Below, piece by piece: positions 40,578-51,069 of a DNA stretch of 64,000 nt; the stretch's first letter is position 1; each line of letters opens with the position of its first letter. The translations under genes and the position numbers were made by a program. Where the stretch lies: NCBI GenBank assembly GCA_040005235.1, contig JBDTZG010000016.1, positions 1-64,000 on the forward strand, written 5' to 3'. This DNA comes from Acidobacteriota bacterium. Its GTDB lineage: Bacteria > Acidobacteriota > Thermoanaerobaculia > Multivoradales > UBA5704. The notes below the pieces were generated by a model, which did not search any database, was not told where the DNA came from, and saw only the letters and a program-made list of their open reading frames with translations.

Positions 40578-41872
40578 GCCGACGCGCGACCCTCCTGGTG
40601 GCAGCCGCGATCGGGGCTTACGTACTCGCCACGCTCGCCTGGGTCGCGGGCGACAAGCGTGCCGAGCGCTCGGCGTTCGAAAACCCCGGATCGAGCCTCG
40701 ACCGCACCGCCTCCGGAACTTCGCTCGCGCGCGCCTTGCTGGCCGACCGCGCGGGCAAAGCCGGCAAAGCCGAAGTATTGCTCCGTCGGGTCGATCTCGA
40801 AGAGCTGCCGGCCGACGCCGTGGTCTTTCGCATCGGTCCGCCGGTGGCGCCGTTCCTCGGTCGGTGGACCGAGGAAGAGGAGGGCTCGAAAAAGGGCGAC
40901 AAGCCCAAAGGCGGCGTCGGCGACGGAAAGAAAAACGAAGGCGACGGGAAGAAAGGCGACGGGAAAGGCGAGGGGAAGAAAGGCGACGGCGACGAGGGTG
41001 AGGAGGACGACGAGGAACCGGTCCATCCGGATCCCTTGCTCACCGACGGCGAAGAAGCCTGGGTGCAGGCGGGCGGGAGGCTGGTGCTCGCGGTGGGGTC
41101 GGGCTACGGGCCGCTCGAGATCGTCGACCTGCCGCAGAAGGCCCGCGTCTCGAAAGTCTTTCCGCTTTGGCCCGGCGTCCGCCGGATCGAGCCGAACCCT
41201 CCGCGCGCTCTTTCGGGAGATCCGCTGGCGCTCGCAAGCACCGTGTTTCTGGCCGGCGAAAAGCCGCTGGTCGCCCGATTGAGACTCGGGCGCGGTGAGG
41301 TGATCCTGCTCGCCTGCCCGGAGATCTTTGCCAACGATCGGCTGGCGAAAGGCGACCACCTGGCACTGCTCGAAGCGCTCGCGGGGCCGGCCGGCGCGCG
41401 GCCGATCTATTTCGACGAGCGCGCCCATGGGCTCGAACGGCAGCGGGGAACGCTGTCGATGCTCACGGATTGGGGTTTCGGACCGGCGCTGCTGCTCGGG
41501 TTCCTCGCCGTGCTCGCCGCGTACTGGCGCGCGCGTTCGCCCTTGGGGCCGCCGGAGCGCGACGACCCTGACCTTAGAAGCGACGCGGTCGATCTGGTCG
41601 ACTCTCTCGGCGAGCTGTACGACCGCGCTCTCCGTCGGGTCGATGCCCTACGAGTTCATTACGACAATCTGGTCCGCACCGTCGCGGCCGAGACGGGGCT
41701 TTCGGGCACTGCGCTCGGCGCGCGGATGGCGCTCCTGCTTCCGGGATTTTCGCCGCCTGCCGTCGGGGCCGCGGAGATCTCGCGCGAGGAGCTTCACCGC
41801 CAATTGCGGATCGTTAACGTTGCGTTCGGGAGGATCGATGTCCGAGAACACAGAACCAAGCGCCGAGCCTAA
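40574..41872 (+). CDS. DUF4350 domain protein with a low-complexity G/K/D/E insert
   Basis: S.....SGT, WV.AGGRLVL, GRGEVILL..PE.F.N and FDE.AHG. Confidence 0.8.
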   Translation: MSRRATLLVAAAIGAYVLATLAWVAGDKRAERSAFENPGSSLDRTASGTSLARALLADRAGKAGKAEVLLRRVDLEELPADAVVFRIGPPVAPFLGRWTEEEEGSKKGDKPKGGVGDGKKNEGDGKKGDGKGEGKKGDGDEGEEDDEEPVHPDPLLTDGEEAWVQAGGRLVLAVGSGYGPLEIVDLPQKARVSKVFPLWPGVRRIEPNPPRALSGDPLALASTVFLAGEKPLVARLRLGRGEVILLACPEIFANDRLAKGDHLALLEALAGPAGARPIYFDERAHGLERQRGTLSMLTDWGFGPALLLGFLAVLAAYWRARSPLGPPERDDPDLRSDAVDLVDSLGELYDRALRRVDALRVHYDNLVRTVAAETGLSGTALGARMALLLPGFSPPAVGAAEISREELHRQLRIVNVAFGRIDVREHRTKRRA

Positions 41873-42914
41873 GGCGATCGAGGAAGCCCGGGCGGCGGAA
41901 CCCGCCGTTGGGGCGGACGCGCGGGCGGAACCCGCAGTAGCCACGTCCGCCCTTTCGGCTGAAACCGCGCGGGTCTCCGAGCGCTTCGCCGCGCTTTCCG
42001 CCCAGCTCGATCGCGTGGTGATCGGCCAGGGGAGGGTGAAGGAGCAGCTGCTCGCCTGCCTGCTCGCGGGCGGCCACGCGCTGCTCGAAGGGGTCCCCGG
42101 CACCGCGAAGACGCTGCTCGCGCTCGGCCTGTCGCGTCTGCTCGGCGGACGCTTCCGGCGCATTCAGTTCACCCCCGATCTGATGCCCGCGGATCTTTTG
42201 GGCACGAACATCTTCAATCCCAAGACCCAGGAATTCGACTTCCGCTCCGGGCCGATCTTCTGCGACCTGCTGCTCGCCGACGAGGTGAACCGCACACCGC
42301 CGCGCACCCAATCCGCGCTGCTCGAAGCGATGCAGGAACGGGCTGCGACGATCGACGGCGAGCGGCGGCCGATCTCGCCGGTATTCCTGGTCGTCGCGAC
42401 CCAGAACCCGATCGAGTTCGAGGGGACCTATCCGCTGCCGGAAGCGCAACGCGATCGCTTTCTGCTCAAGATCTCGATCGAGGTCCCTAACGCGGAAGAG
42501 GAAACCGCGGTGCTTGCCGCCTACGCCTCCGGCCATCGGCTGCATGAGGAGGTGGCGAATCTTCAGCCGATGATGTCGATTTCGGAGCTGGTCGCCGCGC
42601 GCCAGCTGGTATCGGAGCGGGTGCGGGTCGAGCCGGCGCTGCTCTCCTACATCCAGCGCGTGGTGGCAAAGACCCGCGATCACGAATCTGTCCAGATCGG
42701 AGCCGGCCCGCGTGCCTCGCTCGCGCTGCTCGACGTGGCCCGCGCCATCGCCCTCCTGCGCGGGCGCGATTTCGCCACGCCGGACGACGTCAAGGAAATG
42801 GCTGAGCCGGTACTCGTCCACCGGGTGATCCTCACCCCCGAGGCGGAGATGGAAGGCGTGCGCCTCGCCGACCTACTGCGCAGGATCTTCGAGCAGGTGG
42901 AGGTCCCGCGCTGA
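41838..42914 (+). CDS. moxR: MoxR family AAA+ ATPase
   Basis: GHALLEGVPGTAKT, RIQFTPDLMP, LADEVNR, ATQNPIE and EGTYPLPEAQ.DRF. Confidence 0.96.
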   Translation: MSENTEPSAEPKAIEEARAAEPAVGADARAEPAVATSALSAETARVSERFAALSAQLDRVVIGQGRVKEQLLACLLAGGHALLEGVPGTAKTLLALGLSRLLGGRFRRIQFTPDLMPADLLGTNIFNPKTQEFDFRSGPIFCDLLLADEVNRTPPRTQSALLEAMQERAATIDGERRPISPVFLVVATQNPIEFEGTYPLPEAQRDRFLLKISIEVPNAEEETAVLAAYASGHRLHEEVANLQPMMSISELVAARQLVSERVRVEPALLSYIQRVVAKTRDHESVQIGAGPRASLALLDVARAIALLRGRDFATPDDVKEMAEPVLVHRVILTPEAEMEGVRLADLLRRIFEQVEVPR

Positions 42915-44291
42915 AATCCGCGGCGCTCCCCGGGCCGATCAAGCCGCGCGGCGGATGGCGGCCGACGCCGCGGGCGATTCGGGCGGTGGGCCTCGCTGCG
43001 GGCGTGGCCCTGCTCGCGCCCTGGCAACCCTGGCTCGCCGGGGTCGCCGCGTTCGCGGCGCTCGGCGTCGGACTGCTCGCCTTGCGCGAGCGTTCCGTGC
43101 TGAAACGCTTCGCCTTCGTCGCCGAGCGGCCCGAGCGGTTGGTGCTGTCGCTCGGTGAAGACGAGCAAGTGCCGCTCGCGATCCACGTGCGGAATGTTCG
43201 CGAGGGGCTTGCCGGAACGAGTCTCACGCTCCGCCTGCGCCAGCTTTGGCCCGATCTGATCGACCGACGGGCGAGCGCGGCCGACGCGGTCGTGCCGCTA
43301 CGGGCGGGTTCCGTCTCCGCTGCTTTCGAGCTGCCGGTGCGGGCGGTGAAGCGGGGGAACGCGACGCTCCGCGCACCCTGGCTCTCGGTGAGCCGCGACG
43401 GCTGGATCGAGCGAATTCTGGAAGTGACAGAGCAGGAGGGGGAGGAATCGTCGATCACCGTCCTGCCGAGCTTGCTCGCCGTCCGCCGGATGCGCCGCGA
43501 GCTCGATCGGATGTTTCTTTCGGGACTCGGCTCGCGCGCCGCGCCACGGCTCGGCAAAGGGCGAGATTTCGACCGTCTGCGCGAGTACGTTGCGGGCGAT
43601 GATTTGCGCGACGTGGCGTGGAAATCGACCGCCAAGCACGGCAAGCCGATCACCCGCGAATACCGGCTCGACCGCGCGCAGGACGTGCTGATCTGTGTCG
43701 ACCGAGGCCACCGCATGGCGGCGCGGGTGGGGCCGCTCACCAGGCTCGATCACGCCGCGAACGCCGCCGTGCTGCTCGGTTCGATCTGCGACCGGATGGA
43801 GGATCGCGTCGGCTTCCTGGGGTTTGACGACGACGCCGATGCGAGCAGCGGCCCCACCAGCCTCGGCCAGGGCCGCGGGATGGCCCACCTGCGCGCGCTC
43901 ACCGCCCGCGCCGCCGAGATCCGCACAGCCGACCGGCCGACCGATTACCTGGCGCTCGCCGCCCACGTCCGGCGCCGGTTGAAGACCCGGTCGCTGGTGG
44001 TGATCGTGACCGTCCTTCCCGAGCTGGACGAAGAGCGCACCCTGGCCCGCGCGGTGGCCCAACTGATGCCCAAGCACGTCGCGGTGGTCCTCACCTTTGC
44101 CGATCCCGCACTCGAGACGCAAGCGACCGCCCTGCCGACCGAAAAACCCGATCTCTGCCGCGCACTCGTCGCCCGTGACCTCTGGGTCGAACGCCGCCGA
44201 ACCCTCGCCGACCTGCGCCGCCGGGGAGCCCTGGTGGTCGAGGCGCCCCCGGGCGACGCGGGCATCGAGGCGGTGAACGCTTATTTGGAGG

Positions 44292-44314
<23 letters not shown>
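42911..44314 (+). CDS. DUF58 (vWA-like) protein; start CTG 42911 or GTG 42986
   Basis: G.DFDRLREY..GDD.R.V.WKSTA and DRGHRM; C-terminal NAYLEVK. Confidence 0.9.
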
Positions 44315-47012
<2,698 letters not shown>

Positions 47013-47022
47013 GAGGAGAACA

Positions 47023-48549
47023 CTACGCCCGATCGACCGCCCGTTGTATCAAAACCAACGCGCCTCCGCAGCACAACCCCGCGAGCCCCAGCAGTGCCAT
47101 ACCCCCGAACCCTCCCGGGTTCTCACCGGCAAGCAGCGCGCCTCTCCAGGCGTCGACGGTGACCGAGAGCGGATTGAACCGGGCAATCGCCGACAACCAG
47201 TCAGGCATCACGCGATGCGGCACCAGCGCGGTGCTGGTGAAGAAGAGCGGCATGTTCACCAGATGGACGAACGTCGCCATCCCCTCCTGCGAACGGGTAA
47301 CGAAGGCGAGGATCGAGGAGAGCGCGGCGAAGGCGGCGGCGAAGAGGGCTAGATAGAGGAGGGCGATCGCGGAGGCCGCCGGAGCCCAGAGGAGGTGGGC
47401 ACCGAGGAGGCGGGCGAGGAGGAGGACGACGAGCGCCTGCACCACCAGGCGCGCCACGTCGGCCGCGAGCTTACCGGCCAGGATTGGGGCGGGGCCTGCC
47501 GGTGCGGCGAGAAGGCGGGGGAGAAATCCGGTTTGGAGGTCGCGAATCCAGCCGATGCCGGATTGCGAGGCGCCGAACAGGAGGGTCATCACGCTCACTC
47601 CCGGCGCCAGGTAATCGAGATAGGTCGTGTGGCCCGATGGGTCGAGCTGGAAGCGGTGGAAGAGAAAGCCGAAAAAGAGCATCCAGATCAGAGGCTGGCC
47701 GAGCGAAAAGGTGAGCAGGACCGGCCGGCGAAGGACGGCGCGGGTGGTGCGGCGGGCGACGGCGCGTACGGCATCGAGGGGGAGAGCCGTGTGGCCGGTG
47801 GACCTGGTGGCGAAACGGTTCGGCTGGGGTAGGGGCGAGGCATGCCTCGCTCCTACGACCTGTTGATCGATCCACCCCTTCTCCAGCACCACCACCCGAT
47901 CCGCCGCTTCGGCCGCGACGTGATCGTGGGTTGAGATCACCACGGTCACTCCGCGCGCCGCGCGCCTGCCAAGCTCTTCCCAGAGCATCGCCGTGCCTTC
48001 GGCGTCGAGGCCGGCGGTCGGCTCGTCGAGCAGCAGCAGGGCGGGGTCGTGGATCATCCCGGCCGCGAGATGCAGCCGGCGCTTCTGTCCTCCGGACCAG
48101 GTGGCGACGGGCCGGTCGAGCGGCTTTTCGATGCCGAAGGCGGCGGCGATCTCGGCGATCCGTGTCGCGCGGCGGGCGTGTGGCACGGCGTGGAGCGCGG
48201 CGATCAGGTCGAGCGTCTCGCGGCCGGACATCTCGGGATCGAGCGCGAGGTCCTGGGGGACGAACCCGAGATCGGCTCGGAGCTCTTTCTGTTCCAACCT
48301 CCCCGCCTTTGCGGGCTCGTCCACTCCGAGCACCGTAACCGTTCCCGCACTCGTCGCCAGGCGCCCGGCGAGAATGCGGAGCAGCGTACTCTTGCCCGCG
48401 CCGTTCGGTCCGAGCAGCGCGGTGACCGTGCCGCGCGGCAGGTCGAGGTCGAGGTCTGTGAGGGCGGCGACGGCGCCGAAATCCTTCCGGACGCGGCGGA
48501 GGGAGGCCGCGAGGTCGGAGGGTTTCGGCGCCGATTCTTCAGTCGGCAT
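47023..48549 (-). CDS. Fused ABC exporter: ATPase + ABC-2 permease
   Basis: GPNGAGKST, WSGGQ, LLDEP and H-loop, then ABC-2 TM region (YLAPG, NPLS). Confidence 0.88.
   Translation of the reverse strand: MPTEESAPKPSDLAASLRRVRKDFGAVAALTDLDLDLPRGTVTALLGPNGAGKSTLLRILAGRLATSAGTVTVLGVDEPAKAGRLEQKELRADLGFVPQDLALDPEMSGRETLDLIAALHAVPHARRATRIAEIAAAFGIEKPLDRPVATWSGGQKRRLHLAAGMIHDPALLLLDEPTAGLDAEGTAMLWEELGRRAARGVTVVISTHDHVAAEAADRVVVLEKGWIDQQVVGARHASPLPQPNRFATRSTGHTALPLDAVRAVARRTTRAVLRRPVLLTFSLGQPLIWMLFFGFLFHRFQLDPSGHTTYLDYLAPGVSVMTLLFGASQSGIGWIRDLQTGFLPRLLAAPAGPAPILAGKLAADVARLVVQALVVLLLARLLGAHLLWAPAASAIALLYLALFAAAFAALSSILAFVTRSQEGMATFVHLVNMPLFFTSTALVPHRVMPDWLSAIARFNPLSVTVDAWRGALLAGENPGGFGGMALLGLAGLCCGGALVLIQRAVDRA
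47829..47856. repeat. GTAG-type REP palindrome inside a CDS
   Basis: GTAGGGGCGAGGCATGCCTCGCTCCTAC, a 28-bp near-perfect palindrome in the ATPase-permease linker. Confidence 0.75.
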
Positions 48550-49387
48550 GAATGATCGTACCGACGTGCTCGCCCGCGAGCGCTTGGGCGAGCCGCTCGG
48601 GGTGGAGGCCGTTGATGATCTGGAAGCTCTTCACCAGGCGCGCGCGGGGGAGCAGGTCGAGCAGCACCTCGTCGAACGGCAGGGTATCCAGGTTCTTGGC
48701 GCGCAATTCGGCGACGCTAATTTTCGGGATGAACTGCGCGTTCGAGTGGGTCTTCGGATCGGCGTCGTAAAGGCCGTCAACGTCTTTGACCAGGATGACG
48801 TTGGCGCAGCCGAAGCATTCGGCGATCAGATAGGTGCCCGCGTCGGTCCGGTGAGGTGGGATGCGGCCGATCTCCGGCGGGTGCTCCCAGATGGAGTACG
48901 GGGGATCGCCGTTGAAGATCACGCCGGGCGCCGAATGGAGGAACAGCGGCAGCAGATGGCCGAACATCTCGGGCGGGATCGCCACCACGCCGAGCGGCGA
49001 CAGCAGCGCGCCGAGAATGTGCGCGTTGCCGAGCGCGTCGGCGATCGACAGCTGGGCGAGCACGCCGGTCGGCAGCCCCAAGTCGATGCCGATCGAAAAG
49101 ACGTGGCGGGAGCGGACGCCGCCGCCGGTCGAGAGGATCAGCTTGTGGGTCTTGAGCACGTCGCCGAGCACGGTGACGAGCCCCGGGAGCGCCGCGGCGC
49201 CGCGATCGACGATCGAACGCCCTCCGATCTTCACCACGTGGGCTTCGGGCAGCATGCGCACGAGCGTCGCGCGGCCTTCGGTTCCGGCGACGACGTCTTT
49301 GTCGATCAGGCTCTCGCGCATCAGCATCGAGGCGAGGTGGTGGCGGGCGTCGGCGGGGTGGGTCGGGTGGGTCGGATCTTCGTACAT
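48539..49387 (-). CDS. mosA: Molybdenum storage protein alpha-like (amino-acid kinase/UMPK fold)
   Basis: H..S.L.RESL.D, VVKIGGR, TGGG.RSRH....IDLGLP.G, RIPPHRTD.G and KDVDGLY.ADP. Confidence 0.75.
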   Translation of the reverse strand: MYEDPTHPTHPADARHHLASMLMRESLIDKDVVAGTEGRATLVRMLPEAHVVKIGGRSIVDRGAAALPGLVTVLGDVLKTHKLILSTGGGVRSRHVFSIGIDLGLPTGVLAQLSIADALGNAHILGALLSPLGVVAIPPEMFGHLLPLFLHSAPGVIFNGDPPYSIWEHPPEIGRIPPHRTDAGTYLIAECFGCANVILVKDVDGLYDADPKTHSNAQFIPKISVAELRAKNLDTLPFDEVLLDLLPRARLVKSFQIINGLHPERLAQALAGEHVGTIIHAD

Positions 49388-49418
49388 AGGGAGTCTGCCT
49401 CTTTTAGTCCATCAAAAG

Positions 49419-50243
49419 TCAGGCCACCGAAATCAGGGTGCCGACGTCTTCGCCGTCGAGGGCGCGGGTGAGGTTGCCGGGGACCAGGCCATTGATCACG
49501 CGGATCGATCTCATGTGGACCGCCCGCTCCATCAGGTCGAGCACGGCGCGTTCGACGACCAAATCGCCGAGATCGAGGGCTTTTAGCTCGGCCACCGTGA
49601 TCTTCGGGATGAACTTCGCGTTCTTGTCCTTCTTCGGGTCGGCGGTATAGAGGCCGTCCTCATCTTTGACATAGATCATCGAGCGCGCGCCGAACACTTC
49701 GCTCACCAGATAGGCGCCGGTGTCGGTGCGGTGCGGCGGGATGCGACCGATCGCAGGGTTCTGCTGCCAGAAGGTATAGGGCGGCATGCCGAAGAAGACC
49801 GCGGCGCGGCGCTCGGCCAAAAACAGCGGCAGCTGGGGAAACTGCGCCGGCTCGATGAACGGGATGCCGTGGCGGGCGAGCAGGTAGTGGATCATCCGCG
49901 CGTTCTGCATGCTGACGAACGTGCCGAGGACGCTCATGACTCCCGTCGGTAGGCCGAGATCGAGCGCCACGCTATAGGCGTGACGGGCGCGGGTGCCGGC
50001 TCCCGTGCCGATGATCATCCGATGGCGGGGGAGGTTCGCCACGACCTCTTCGAGGATCGGGAACACCGCGGCGCGTCCGCGGTCGATCATGCTCTGGCCG
50101 CCGATCTTCACCACGTTCGCTTCGGGCAGGATGCGCTCGACCGGCCCGATCGTCTGGCGCATCAGATCGCGGTCGGAGAGCGATCCCGCGACAAGGTTTT
50201 TGCCCAATTCGGTGAGCAGATCTCCGCTCAACGCTTCCGTCAT
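49419..50243 (-). CDS. mosB: Molybdenum storage protein beta-like
   Basis: ILP.A.V.KIGGQS.IDRGRAAV.P, IGTGAGTRARH, GMPPY..W and KDEDGLYTADPK, as recalled for Azotobacter MosB. Confidence 0.8.
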   Translation of the reverse strand: MTEALSGDLLTELGKNLVAGSLSDRDLMRQTIGPVERILPEANVVKIGGQSMIDRGRAAVFPILEEVVANLPRHRMIIGTGAGTRARHAYSVALDLGLPTGVMSVLGTFVSMQNARMIHYLLARHGIPFIEPAQFPQLPLFLAERRAAVFFGMPPYTFWQQNPAIGRIPPHRTDTGAYLVSEVFGARSMIYVKDEDGLYTADPKKDKNAKFIPKITVAELKALDLGDLVVERAVLDLMERAVHMRSIRVINGLVPGNLTRALDGEDVGTLISVA

Positions 50244-51040
50244 TCGATGTCTCCGCGCGGAGGAAGGCGAACCCCCGCGATCTCGTAGGTTTCATTCGAA
50301 GGGTAACCCAAGTCGAGCGCGCCGAAGCGCTCGCGGGCGTAGGTTTCGATCTCATCGAGCAGCTCGTTTTGCAGATTCGGGCCGACCTCGTGCCCGCCGA
50401 GCCCGGATTTGCCGCGCCAGGAGGCGAGGATCGCGGCAGGGCGCTCTTCGGTTTCCCAGGTCGCCACGGTTTGCACGGCGAGGTCATCACCTTCGGGTAA
50501 GTCGCTCCGCAGCGCTTGGCGCACCGATTCGAGAACCGCGCGATGTCCCGCTCTGCCGCCGCGCGCCGCGAAGCCGCGCGTTCCCAGGAGGCGCTGCAGT
50601 TCGCGCCTCAGTTCGCGGCGGACGCCCCCCTCCGGCCTTTCGACCCGGCCGACGGCGAACACGGCACCTCGGGAGTTGGCGAGGCGGGCGACCTCGCGGA
50701 CGAGATTTTGAGGGTCGAGCAGATGCGCGGCGCGTGAGGCGAAGATCAATCGGGCCGATCTCGGCCGCAACGGCCAGGGCTGCGAGGCGTCGGCAGCGAT
50801 GCGCGGCGCGCGGGAGCGATGGCCGAACCGGGCGAGCATGCCGACCGACAGATCGAGCCCGACATAGGGCGTCTGCGAACCGGCGAAGAGCGCCGCACCG
50901 ATCTGGCCGGTACCGCAGCCGATTTCGACGACCCGGCCGCCATTGGCGAGCGCCGAAAGATGGCTCCCAATTGCAGCGACCGCCGCGTCGGGCAATCCGG
51001 CGCGGCGGTCGAAGGAAGAGGCTTGTGCATCGAAGTGAAC
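50240..51040 (-). CDS. Class I SAM-dependent methyltransferase (start uncertain: TTG 50995 or non-canonical near 51040)
   Basis: VEIGCGTG, GLDLS.GML and ADA; FDAQASSFDRRAGLP lies in frame upstream of the TTG. Confidence 0.82.
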   Translation of the reverse strand, partial: VHFDAQASSFDRRAGLPDAAVAAIGSHLSALANGGRVVEIGCGTGQIGAALFAGSQTPYVGLDLSVGMLARFGHRSRAPRIAADASQPWPLRPRSARLIFASRAAHLLDPQNLVREVARLANSRGAVFAVGRVERPEGGVRRELRRELQRLLGTRGFAARGGRAGHRAVLESVRQALRSDLPEGDDLAVQTVATWETEERPAAILASWRGKSGLGGHEVGPNLQNELLDEIETYARERFGALDLGYPSNETYEIAGVRLPPRGDIE

Positions 51041-51069
51041 GACGACTCCTTACCGGCAGGTCGCCGTTC

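Noticed and set aside
40870-41020. GDGKK-type repeats as a separate element
   Set aside because: In-frame low-complexity loop within the DUF4350 protein
48539-50243. Two uridylate kinases (pyrH)
   Set aside because: The tandem paralog pair with RARH/RSRH and RIPPHRTD motifs fits MosA/MosB better than PyrH
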